DNA of 64,000 bases from Candidatus Latescibacterota bacterium. GTDB lineage: Bacteria > Latescibacterota > UBA2968 > UBA8231. A program made the position numbers and the translations under genes. A model generated the notes under the pieces. It was not told the origin of the DNA, did not search any database, and worked only from the letters and a program-made list of their open reading frames with translations. Each line of letters starts with the position of its first letter. Position 1 is the first letter of the stretch. Below are positions 49,157 to 58,260 of the stretch, one piece after another. Location: contig OZ241889.1 in assembly GCA_965203355.1 (NCBI GenBank), positions 1,088,001-1,152,000 of the forward strand, written 5' to 3'.

Positions 49157-49366
49157 ATGGCAGATCGCGAGAAGGGAACCGTAAAGTGGTTCAACGACGC
49201 GAAGGGCTTCGGATTTATTGAGCGCGAGAATGGCGAAGATGTTTTCGTCCATCACAGCGCGATCCGGTCCGAGGGTTTTCGCACCTTGTCCGACGGGCAG
49301 CAGGTGGAATTTGAAGTCGTTCAGGGCAAGAAAGGCCCGGCGGCTGAGAGCGTCGTAGCACTTTAA
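49157..49366 (+). CDS. cold-shock protein (CspA family)
   Basis: [24 protein letters not shown]. Confidence 0.96.
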   Translation: MADREKGTVKWFNDAKGFGFIERENGEDVFVHHSAIRSEGFRTLSDGQQVEFEVVQGKKGPAAESVVAL

Positions 49367-49385
49367 GCCGTAGTCTTATAAGTGC

Positions 49386-49419
49386 AAAGGGGATGATGTA
49401 CACTGCATCATCCCCTTTT
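49386..49419 (+). terminator. intrinsic terminator after csp
   Basis: AAAGGGGATGATGtA-cac-TGCATCATCCCCTTTT. Confidence 0.8.
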
Positions 49420-49433
49420 ATTTTGGAGTTTAG

Positions 49434-49700
49434 ATGAAGATTCGCGTTGATAATTTAGCGACTGACGTTACTGAAGACGACCTCCGCACGTTGTTTGAGT
49501 TGTTCGGGGCGGTCGCCGCTGCCACCATTGACCCGCGCCGCCGCTGGGGCCAAATCGACATGCCCAGTAAGGCCGCCGCCCGCGAGGCCATCGACATGCT
49601 CAACGGGCAAAATCTCAAGGGTTTAGACATGATCGTTGAGGAAATGGCCGAGCGGCCCACGCGCCCGCGCGGCAGGCCCCGCCGAGGCCGACGGCGCTAG
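49434..49700 (+). CDS. RRM-type RNA-binding protein
   Basis: KIRVDNL..VTEDDLRTLFELFGAV..AIDMLNG, Arg-rich tail. Confidence 0.85.
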   Translation: MKIRVDNLATDVTEDDLRTLFELFGAVAAATIDPRRRWGQIDMPSKAAAREAIDMLNGQNLKGLDMIVEEMAERPTRPRGRPRRGRRR

Positions 49701-49703
49701 CCC

Positions 49704-50230
49704 TTACTCATACCATTGAGCTTGTAGGCTTAACAAGCGGCTGTACTCGCCGCCTTGGCGCATCAGGTCCTCGTGCGTCCCCGCCTTGATGAGCTGTCCC
49801 CCCTTGAGCACCAAAATCCGGTCGGCGATCCGTGCGGCACCGAGTCGGTGCGAAATCAACACTGAGGCTTTGCCTTGGGTCATCTCCCCAAAGTGCCGAT
49901 AGACTTCGGCTTCGGCTTTGGGGTCCAGGGCTGCGGTCGGCTCGTCTAGCACCACAAACTCAGCGGCCCGCACCAGGGCCCGCGCCATCGCCAGCTTCTG
50001 CCACTGTCCGGTCGATAAATCGGTGCCCCCCAGTTCCTTGCCCAGTAGCGTCTCGTACTGATTGGGAAATTCGGCGATAAACTTGGCCGCCCCCGCCCAT
50101 TGAGCCGCCTGCTCGACAGCCGCCTGTTCGCCCCAAGCCCCGAAGGCGATGTTGTCGCGCACTGAAAACTGGAAGCGCACAAAGTCTTGGAAGACGGCCG
50201 CAAAAAGCCGCTGGACCTGCTCCCGCGGCC
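49704..50230 (-). pseudogene. C-terminal fragment of an ABC transporter ATP-binding protein
   Basis: VFQDF Q-loop, LSTGQWQK, LDEPT and ISHR present; Walker A and TM domain absent. Confidence 0.8.
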
Positions 50231-50414
50231 ATTCTGGTAGGGATGTTGGGGGCGTTTTGATTCACGTTTAAGGCACTGCCGTTTCAATTAACGCACGAAC
50301 ATGCACGATTACCACCCCGAAGCTCCCCAGTGCCATTTTGCCGCTGTACGCATAATTCCTTTTTATTTTTTCAGCTTCATCAATTAAAACAGTCAACGCG
50401 CAGGGACGCTGCTC

Positions 50415-52970
50415 ATGCACAATATATTGCTCGATTTACTCATCTTGCTCGCCGGGATTTGGCTGGTGGCCGTGACCTTGCGGCCGCTGGGCCTGCCGAC
50501 GGTGATGGGCGAATTGATCGTCGGAGTCTTGGTCGGGCCGGCGGTTTTCGGCTGGATCGAGCCGGACGAGGCCATTCAGTTGTTGGCCGAGATCGGCATC
50601 TTCTTTCTGATGTTCCACGCTGGGGTGGAGACCCAACCTAACGAGTTTTTCGACGCGCTCAAGCGCTCGCTGGGGGTGGCGCTTGCCGGGGCGGCCGTGC
50701 CCTTTGCCGTCAGCTTTGCGGTAGCCCAATTCTTCGGGCTGGATCTGGCGGCCTCCATCTTTGTGGGGCTGATCATCGGAACCGCTACCGCCGTCGTAAT
50801 CACCCTCAAAAGCCTCAAGGACTTGGGGCTGACCGATACCCGCATTGCGCGGATCATCATCGCTAGCTGCATCATCAACGACCTTTTGACCTTGATCTTT
50901 TTTAGCCTAGTAACTGGCGCGCTCTCCAGCGGCACCTTTGCTCCCTTGGACTTAGTAATCAACTTGGGCAAAGTGGTGGGTTTCTTCGCGGTCGCGCTGC
51001 TGTTGGGCACCTTTGTCTATCCCCGCCTCACCCTGCCCTTCCGCGCCGAAGGCGGCAAGGGCTTCACCTTTGTGCTGCTGGCCGCCATTGCCGCCGGTCT
51101 TTTTGCCGAGGCCATTGGGCTGCACATGATCTTGGGGGCCTACTTGGCGGGTCTGTTCTTTGAGGAGCGCGTCGCCCACCCCAACCTAGTCCGGGTGGTG
51201 AACGACCGCGCGTACGGCATTGCCTATTCGTTCCTTGGGCCAATTTTCTTCATCTCACTGGGCTTTTCCATTTCGTTTGACATCAGCGCGTCGGGTGTGG
51301 CGTTTATCGCGCTTTTAGCGGTGACGGTCATCTCTGGGCAGGTGCTCAGTGCCGGTGGTATGGCGCGGCGCATTGGCATGTCTTGGCGCGAGGCGCTGAC
51401 GGTGGGCGTGGGCATGTGCGGTCGCGCTGAGATGGCGTTTATCCTGGCCGCGCTGGCTTTAGCTCAAGGAGTCATCGGTCAGGAGACCTTTAGCGTTTTG
51501 ATCTTCACCGCATTCCTGTTAAATCTTTTCACGCCGCTGGCACTCAAGGGCTGCGCTGTGCTCCTAAAAGGCCGGGTGGCGCATGGGGGAGACACCAATC
51601 TCGGGGTGTTGCAGATCGACAAGTTCAACACCCCACTCGTCGATGAAAACCTAGCGGACCGCGCCCTGCCCGCGGTGGAGGACGCGGTGGTCATCTATGG
51701 ATACGGGCCAGAGGTCGAGACCCTAATAGACGAGCTGGCCAGTCGGCATTTGCCAATGGTGGTCATCGAAGAGGACGAGGCGACCGTGCGGCAACTCCAG
51801 ACGAGCTCTGAGGTACAGGTCGTCCAGGCACACCTAGCAGGGGAGACGCTGGACCTGCGGCCGTTGACCAAGGCCAAGGCGCTGGTGGCCAACGGCCCAG
51901 ACGACGACAACGCCCTGTTCGCGCTCAGTGCCCGCGAGGCCGGTTTTGCCGGTCCCATTGTGGCGATGATCGAACATCCCCAGCGCCGCGGCCCCATGCT
52001 GCTGGCGGGCGCGACCACAGCCTTTACCCCCAACCACGTTCTCGCGGCGGCGATCGCGGTCCGCGCCAGCGCGAAGATCGGGCCGCGAGTGGCCGGGGTT
52101 GAGCCGCTCGACTCGTTGCTCGAAGTGGCCGAACTGCGCGTTCACGACCAAAGCCCGCTCGCCAATCGCAGCTTGGCCGAGACCGAGCTATACACTCGGA
52201 CTGGTGCCCATATCGTCGGGCAATGGGCAGACGACGCGCTCGGCTCGCCACCAGCCGCCGGTGAAAAGCTCCAGCCCGGCGCCATTTTGGTGGCGGTCGG
52301 TACGCCCGAGAGCATTCACAGGTTGAACGACATGGCCCGGCCGATTACTCAGCAGGGGCCGATTGTGGTGATTGGTTTTGCCGATGTCGGGCAAAAGCTG
52401 GTCGAGATTCTCCGGGCGGCGGGCGAGGATGTGCGGGTCGTTGATGCGGTTGAAAGCACGGGAGTCGATGTGGTCGGCGATGTGCTCGACGTGCGCGTTT
52501 TGGACCGTGCGGCCATTGCCGAGGCGCGGGTTGTCATCCTCGCCCTAGACAGCGACGGGGCCGCCCTGTTTGCGGCGGCGGTGGTGCGCGACCACGTCCC
52601 GGAGATTCCGCTGTTGGCCTGCGTGTCCCACGTTGAAAACGCCGACCGGGTGCAGCGGGCTGGTGCTGATTTTGCGCTCTCGGTCAGTCAGGTCGCCGGC
52701 CAGTTGCTGGTCCACCACGTCCTCGGCGAGATGGTTTCGCACAAGCCCCGGATCAAAATGGTCAAGCTGCGGCCCGGCCCCTTGGCCGGGTGGCATCCGC
52801 TGGCGGCGCGCATCCGCGAGCGCACGGGCTGCTCGGTGGTGGCACTCGAGCGGGCTGGCGAGGTAATCATGGAGATCCCGGCTTCGTTCACCCTCTTGCC
52901 CGACGACGCGCTCTACATCTGCGGTACGCCCGCGGCCTTTGACCGCTACTACGAGGAATTTCCGACTTAG
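50415..52970 (+). CDS. cation:proton antiporter (CPA2) fused to two TrkA-N/TrkA-C (RCK) pairs
   Basis: GELIVGVLVGP, IINDL, GRAEM; IYGYG and VIGFADVG RCK domains. Confidence 0.88.
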   Translation: MHNILLDLLILLAGIWLVAVTLRPLGLPTVMGELIVGVLVGPAVFGWIEPDEAIQLLAEIGIFFLMFHAGVETQPNEFFDALKRSLGVALAGAAVPFAVSFAVAQFFGLDLAASIFVGLIIGTATAVVITLKSLKDLGLTDTRIARIIIASCIINDLLTLIFFSLVTGALSSGTFAPLDLVINLGKVVGFFAVALLLGTFVYPRLTLPFRAEGGKGFTFVLLAAIAAGLFAEAIGLHMILGAYLAGLFFEERVAHPNLVRVVNDRAYGIAYSFLGPIFFISLGFSISFDISASGVAFIALLAVTVISGQVLSAGGMARRIGMSWREALTVGVGMCGRAEMAFILAALALAQGVIGQETFSVLIFTAFLLNLFTPLALKGCAVLLKGRVAHGGDTNLGVLQIDKFNTPLVDENLADRALPAVEDAVVIYGYGPEVETLIDELASRHLPMVVIEEDEATVRQLQTSSEVQVVQAHLAGETLDLRPLTKAKALVANGPDDDNALFALSAREAGFAGPIVAMIEHPQRRGPMLLAGATTAFTPNHVLAAAIAVRASAKIGPRVAGVEPLDSLLEVAELRVHDQSPLANRSLAETELYTRTGAHIVGQWADDALGSPPAAGEKLQPGAILVAVGTPESIHRLNDMARPITQQGPIVVIGFADVGQKLVEILRAAGEDVRVVDAVESTGVDVVGDVLDVRVLDRAAIAEARVVILALDSDGAALFAAAVVRDHVPEIPLLACVSHVENADRVQRAGADFALSVSQVAGQLLVHHVLGEMVSHKPRIKMVKLRPGPLAGWHPLAARIRERTGCSVVALERAGEVIMEIPASFTLLPDDALYICGTPAAFDRYYEEFPT

Positions 52971-53791
52971 CTTTTGGGTGGATAGGCTCGGAACAAATCC
53001 CGCTGTGCTTCGGTGAGGCGGGCGAAGGTCTGTGGGGTGATGTGCTGTTTTTCGTCCATGGTGGCGATGTTTTGCGACATCATCCAATGCGGCCCATAGC
53101 CCACGTGCAGGGTCTTGCGCGTCTGCTCGGAGTGGTTGGTGAAGCCGCCGTGGCGCAAGTTTTCGGTGAAAAGGATCGCGTCGCCGGCCTCGACCGCTAG
53201 ACCGATCATGTCGGGGTCTTCGTCCGGGTCGTTGCTGTGAGGCGAGGGCAGGTTGGTCTTGTGCGTCCCCGGCACCACGCAAAAGGCCCCCTGTTCGTTG
53301 GTGCAGTCGTGGATAAAATAGATCATCCGCACCATCATGCAGTCAATGCCGTGGGCGGTGTAGCTATAGCGGTACTTTGGGCTGGCCGAGACCGTGCCGC
53401 CGTGGGAGCCGGTGGCGTTGCCTTGGTAGCGGATGCGGATTTCGGAGTTGTTGATCGTCGGCCGCTGTTTGACGATGCCGTGGATGTAGTTCATCGTAGG
53501 TTGGTGAGCGAGCAAGATGTCAAAGGCCGGGTTGGCGTTCCAGAAGTCTTCGATGATGAGGGTTTTGCCCTCGGCCCGCTCGCCGTTGGCGTGATAGCCA
53601 CGCTCGGGATTGGCGTGGTAGTTGGCTCCCCAGCCGCTTTGCTTGCGCGGTGGCTGGGTCACATGCGCGAGCGCGTGTTCTTCTAATTCATCCACGGCCG
53701 CGGCCAGCACGGCCACTTGGGTTTCGTTCAGCAACTGTTCAATGACGATGTAGCCTTGGCGGTCGAATTCAAAGGTTTCGATTTCGTTCAC
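52967..53791 (-). CDS. phytanoyl-CoA dioxygenase (PhyH) family protein
   Basis: FDRQGY, GAFCVVPGTHK, AGDAILFTENLRHG. Confidence 0.88.
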   Translation of the reverse strand: MNEIETFEFDRQGYIVIEQLLNETQVAVLAAAVDELEEHALAHVTQPPRKQSGWGANYHANPERGYHANGERAEGKTLIIEDFWNANPAFDILLAHQPTMNYIHGIVKQRPTINNSEIRIRYQGNATGSHGGTVSASPKYRYSYTAHGIDCMMVRMIYFIHDCTNEQGAFCVVPGTHKTNLPSPHSNDPDEDPDMIGLAVEAGDAILFTENLRHGGFTNHSEQTRKTLHVGYGPHWMMSQNIATMDEKQHITPQTFARLTEAQRDLFRAYPPKS

Positions 53792-54022
53792 GTGTTGTTC
53801 CTCCTCGTTATTGGAACCATCGCGCTTTAGGCGTCCGAATATCAGTCGGTGGTCGTCGCCATACGGACGCCGCCTCTAGGCCCTGCAAACTGCAAGTAGG
53901 TCGCCAACGGGTCTGGGGATGCAAGGGTGGGCATTTCACTCGACGATCATGGGGTGATCTGCGCGTACAGGGCAACAGTAGCGCGACGCTCCGCCCCTGT
54001 CAACCGGCTCTGCCGCAGCATC

Positions 54023-54051
54023 TTGACAATACAGTTGGGGGATTCTATTTT
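54023..54051 (+). promoter_or_regulatory. tRNA promoter
   Basis: TTGACA-N17-TATTTT. Confidence 0.6.
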
Positions 54052-54077
54052 TTGGGACTGAGCTGAAAACAAATTTT

Positions 54078-54153
54078 GGCCCGTTCGTCTAGAGGCCTAG
54101 GACGCCGGCCTCTCACGCCGGTAACACGGGTTCGAATCCCGTACGGGCTACCA
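54078..54153 (+). tRNA. tRNA-Glu (CTC)
   Basis: GGCCCGT acceptor stem, CCGGC-ctCTCac-GCCGG anticodon arm, GGTTCGAATCC T-arm, encoded CCA. Confidence 0.96.
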
Positions 54154-54384
54154 ATTATTTTCCCCAGGTTGGCTACGCTGACTTGGGGTTTTCTTTTGCC
54201 AGTCCGCTAGGCCGCCGCGACTTATGGAAGACGACGCTAGCTCAGCATCCGCATTTGATTTCGGTCCCGGACTGGGCCTTGTCGCCAGCGGTAGCGTTTC
54301 CACCAGTCGAGTCCGCCGATTAATTCGCGCACGAGTAGGCGACAGGCGGGCGTTATGCCGTGTGAAACGCAGGCCCACCCGCTC

Positions 54385-55140
54385 TCAACCTCGCCCGACA
54401 AACGGCATTTTCGTCGCCATGATGGTCATAAACAGCACATTGGTGTCCAGCGGCAGTTCGGCCATCTGCACGACGGCGCGGGCCACGTGGGCGACTTCAA
54501 AGCGCGGCTCGACGAGCTTGGAGCCATCGGCCTGCGGTACGCCATCGCTCATCCGCTGCGTCATATCGGTCGCTGCGTTGCCAATGTCGATCTGGCCGCA
54601 GGCAATGTCGTATTTGCGTCCGTCGAGCGAGGTCGATTTGGTGAGTCCGGTAATGGCGTGTTTGGTGGCGGTATAAGGGGCGGAATTGGGTCGCGGGGCC
54701 GCGGCTGAGACCGAGCCGTTGTTGATGATCCGCCCGCCGCGAGGGGCTTGATCCTTCATAAGGCGGAAGGCCGCTTGAGTGCAGAGGAAGGGGCCCGTCA
54801 GGTTGACGGCGACGACCTTCTGCCACTGCTCGTATGCGAGATCTTCCAACAGCACGGCTGGTGCTCCGGCCCCGGCGTTGTTGAACAGCACGTCGAGCCG
54901 GCCAAAGTGCTCGGCGACTTGGGCGAACAGCGCGTCAACGGCTTGGGGATCGCCGACGTCGGTGGGCACCGGCAACATGCGGGCATCCGTTCCCGCTAGC
55001 GCGGCCGTTTCCGCTAGGGCCGCTCGCCGCCGGCCCGCTAGGGCAACCGCATAGCCAGCCTCGGCCAAGGCCAAGGCACTGTGGCGACCGATGCCGCTGC
55101 CGGCCCCGGTGACGAGGGCGACTTTTGTACGCGCTTTCAT
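54385..55140 (-). CDS. SDR family oxidoreductase
   Basis: [17 protein letters not shown]. Confidence 0.93.
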   Translation of the reverse strand: MKARTKVALVTGAGSGIGRHSALALAEAGYAVALAGRRRAALAETAALAGTDARMLPVPTDVGDPQAVDALFAQVAEHFGRLDVLFNNAGAGAPAVLLEDLAYEQWQKVVAVNLTGPFLCTQAAFRLMKDQAPRGGRIINNGSVSAAAPRPNSAPYTATKHAITGLTKSTSLDGRKYDIACGQIDIGNAATDMTQRMSDGVPQADGSKLVEPRFEVAHVARAVVQMAELPLDTNVLFMTIMATKMPFVGRG

Positions 55141-55174
55141 TTTTCATCTCCTTGAATTTGAAGGGTGGCTCTAA

Positions 55175-55300
55175 GAAGCGTTTTTAAGATTCCTCTTATG
55201 GCCCTTTGCGTTAAAAAAGAACCTAGTAGCAATGGAGTCTCGCCCGCGGAAAACGCCCGACCGCTTTTGCCGTGCTCGACGAGAATTTTAAAAAGGCTTC
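55175..55300. mobile_element. MITE, inverted relative to 41341-41453
   Basis: same TIRs and TAA flanks; right end overlaps the glcB stop codon. Confidence 0.85.
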
Positions 55301-57486
55301 TAAGCGGTTCGTCGGGTGGCTTTTGCCTCTCGCCGCCGCTTGTGCAACACGTTTTCCGTGTATCCGTTCGGCTCGGTGCGCCCGTTGAATACCAAGTCCA
55401 GTGCTGCTTGGAATTCGACGCTGGTGTCGAGGTTGGGTGCCATAGGGCAGTACGCGGGGTCGCCGCTGTTTTGCGCATCTACTACGGTTGCCATGCGAGC
55501 AAAGGTCGCCCGCACCTGCGCTTCGTTAGTGATCCCGTGGTGCAACCAGTTGGCGATGTGCTGGCTGGAAATTCGCAAGGTGGCGCGGTCTTCCATTAGG
55601 CCGATGTGGTTGATGTCCGGCACCTTGGAGCAGCCAATGCCCTGGCCGACCCAACGCACCACGTAGCCTAAAATGCCCTGGGCGTTGTTGTCTAACTCTC
55701 GCTGAATTTCCGCGGGGCTGAGCGGGTGATCGAGCACTGGCGGGCTGAGGATCGCGCCGAGTGAGGCCCGCGCTCGTCCGGCTAGCTGGCCGAGGCGGTC
55801 GAAGACATTGACTTGGTGGTAGTGCAGCGCGTGCAGGGTGGCGGCCGTGGGCGAGGGGACCCAAGCCGTTGTCGCGCCAGCTTGGGGGTGGCCGATTTTG
55901 GTCTCTACCATGTCGCGCATTCGCTCTGGCATGGTCCACATTCCCTTGCCGATCTGCGCTCGTCCCACTAAGCCGGTTGCCATGCCAATATCGACATTCC
56001 AGTCTTCATAGGCGCTGAGCCAAGGTTGATCTTTGATTTTTAGCTTGGGCAACATGGGGCCGAGCTCCATGCTGGTGTGGATCTCGGCGCCAGTGCGGTC
56101 GAGAAAGCCCGTGTTGATGAAGACGACGCGTTCGGCAGCGCAGCGGATGCACTCGCTGAGATTGACCGTGGTGCGGCGCTCTTCGTCCATGATGCCGATT
56201 TTTAGCGTATTGTGCGCCAGCCCGAGCGCCGCTTCCACTCGCGTGAAAAGCTCGACGGTCGCGGCGACTTCGTCCGGCCCGTGCTGTTTGGGTTTTACCA
56301 CATAGACGCTGCCGATCTTGCTGTTGCGGTAGCGGCCGCGGCCCTTGAGGTCGTGGATCGCCGCTAAGCTGATGACCATGGCGTCGAGAAACCCCTCGGG
56401 GATTTCCGCGCCGTCGGCCGTGGTCACCGCGTCTGTGTACATGTGGATGCCAACGTGGCGCACGAGCAACAAGCTGCGTCCGGGCAGGGTCAAGGTGTGG
56501 CCGTTGGGGGTGGTAAAGGTGCGGTCGGCGCACAAGCGGCGCGTCCGGGTCTGCCCGTCCTTGACAAAGGTTGCCTCCAGTGTGCCCTGCATTAGGCCGT
56601 TCCAGTTGCCATAGACGAGGACTTTGTCCTCGGCATCGACCGCCGCCACGGAATCCTCGCAATCTTGGATGGTGGTAATGGCCGCTTCTAAGAGCACGTC
56701 TTTGACGCCAGCGGGGTGCGTGCGTCCAATGGGATGGCTGCGGTCGATTTGGATTTCGATGTGCAATCCGTTATGGCGGAGCAAGACGCTGCTCAGTGGG
56801 CTGCTCTCGCATCCATAGCCGACGAATTGCCCGGCGTCTTTGAGGCCGACTTCGGCGCCGCTTGCGAGGCGGGCGCGCAAGGTTTGTCCGCCAGCGTCCT
56901 CGCGCAGGAAAAACGCCACCACTTCCCGGTGCGATCCTTGTTGGAGGCTGGCGACCGCGTCGAGAAACGCCTCGCTGCGTGCGATGACTTGGGCACCGCG
57001 CTCGGCGTCGTACTCTGCGCTCGCCGCGCCGGGTATCACATCCGTGCCGTACAGGGCGTCGTACAAGCTACCCCAGCGCGCATTTGCCGCGTTGAGCGCG
57101 TAGCGCGCATTGTCCACTGGGACGACTAGCTGGGGGCCGGCTAGAGCGGCGATTTCCGGGTCGGTGTTTTCCGTGCGGATCGGCTGGGCGTCGCCCGTGG
57201 GCAGCAAGTAGCCGATTTCTTGGAGAAAGGCCCGGTAATTTGTGGGGTCTAACGGCTGGCCGCGCCGCTGTTGGTGATAGGCGTCGATCTGGGCCTGCAA
57301 GGCGTCGCGCCGCTGAAGTAGCTTTCGATTCTTTGGCCCCAAGTCTTGGATGATCTTCTCCAGCGCCGCCCAGAAGTGATCGACATCCACGTCCGTCCCG
57401 GGTGCGATTTGCTCGGCGACGAGGGCGTATAGCCGTTGATCAATGTGTAGTCCGCCGCGGACGATTTTTCTTGTTTGTTCTGCCAT
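55300..57486 (-). CDS. glcB: malate synthase G
   Basis: [52 protein letters not shown]. Confidence 0.96.
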   Translation of the reverse strand: MAEQTRKIVRGGLHIDQRLYALVAEQIAPGTDVDVDHFWAALEKIIQDLGPKNRKLLQRRDALQAQIDAYHQQRRGQPLDPTNYRAFLQEIGYLLPTGDAQPIRTENTDPEIAALAGPQLVVPVDNARYALNAANARWGSLYDALYGTDVIPGAASAEYDAERGAQVIARSEAFLDAVASLQQGSHREVVAFFLREDAGGQTLRARLASGAEVGLKDAGQFVGYGCESSPLSSVLLRHNGLHIEIQIDRSHPIGRTHPAGVKDVLLEAAITTIQDCEDSVAAVDAEDKVLVYGNWNGLMQGTLEATFVKDGQTRTRRLCADRTFTTPNGHTLTLPGRSLLLVRHVGIHMYTDAVTTADGAEIPEGFLDAMVISLAAIHDLKGRGRYRNSKIGSVYVVKPKQHGPDEVAATVELFTRVEAALGLAHNTLKIGIMDEERRTTVNLSECIRCAAERVVFINTGFLDRTGAEIHTSMELGPMLPKLKIKDQPWLSAYEDWNVDIGMATGLVGRAQIGKGMWTMPERMRDMVETKIGHPQAGATTAWVPSPTAATLHALHYHQVNVFDRLGQLAGRARASLGAILSPPVLDHPLSPAEIQRELDNNAQGILGYVVRWVGQGIGCSKVPDINHIGLMEDRATLRISSQHIANWLHHGITNEAQVRATFARMATVVDAQNSGDPAYCPMAPNLDTSVEFQAALDLVFNGRTEPNGYTENVLHKRRREAKATRRTA

Positions 57487-57744
57487 GATTTGCTCCGTTT
57501 AATTTTGCCGAGCAAGAGTATAACTATCTTGCGGCGTGTGCAACCAGTGGGCAGGATTGGCTAGCTTGTAGGCGCGAGCGCATGACAACGCTATCGCAGG
57601 AGGCGACCATGCCAACGCACCTTTGACTGCGAGCCGGAGGTCCTCGCATCGAAAATCAGCTCGGGGCGTCGGATGGCTTTGACGCGGAGGAAGGCTTGGC
57701 GGCGAGACAATATGGATGGGTATGTGCGTTGAATGGTCGGCGGG

Positions 57745-58260
57745 GACACGGACGTTAATCCCAGAACATCGGGGTCCCATTTTCGTAACTCGCGGTGTCG
57801 TGGGTGCTACTTGAGCAGTAGCATCTTCTGCACGGCGAGGAAATCGCCGCCCGCTTGCAAGCGGGCCGGTAGGCGGGCGATCTGAACGTTCATAAGGAAA
57901 AGAAAATGGGACCCCAGGAAACTGAGGTCCCATTTCCGTAACTTGCGGTGTCGTGGGTTTTACTTGAGCAGCAGCATCTTCTGGACGGCGAGGAACGCTT
58001 CGCCGACCTGCAAGCGGGCCTGTAAGCTGTCGATCGGACGTTCATAAGAAAATGGGACCCCAGAACATCGGGGTCCCATTTCCGTGCCTTGCGGTGTCGT
58101 GGATGTTACTTGAGCAGCAGCATCTTCTGGACGGCGAGGAACGCTTCGCCGACCTGCAAGCGGGCCGTAGGCTGTCGATCTGACGTTCACAAGGAAAAGA
58201 AAATGGGACCTCAAACCGAAAATTGAGGTCCCATTTTCGTGCCTTGCGGTGTCGTGGGTG
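57745..58260 (-). repeat. tandem array of ~150-bp units (gene 3' end + terminator hairpin + linker)
   Basis: stop-codon copies at 57807, 57960 and 58106 versus the gene stop at 58261; periods 153, 146 and 155 bp. Confidence 0.92.

Noticed and set aside
54078-54153. tRNA-Glu as the integration site of an island
   Set aside because: No duplicated tRNA 3' end or integrase was seen in the window.
56080-56110. Inactivating change in glcB (RTGAE instead of the usual RTGDE)
   Set aside because: The Mg-binding Asp of GFLD and the catalytic Asp of MEDRAT are intact, so there is no support for a pseudogene.
57745-58260. CRISPR array
   Set aside because: Units are ~150 bp and similar along their whole length, with no unique spacers and no cas genes.
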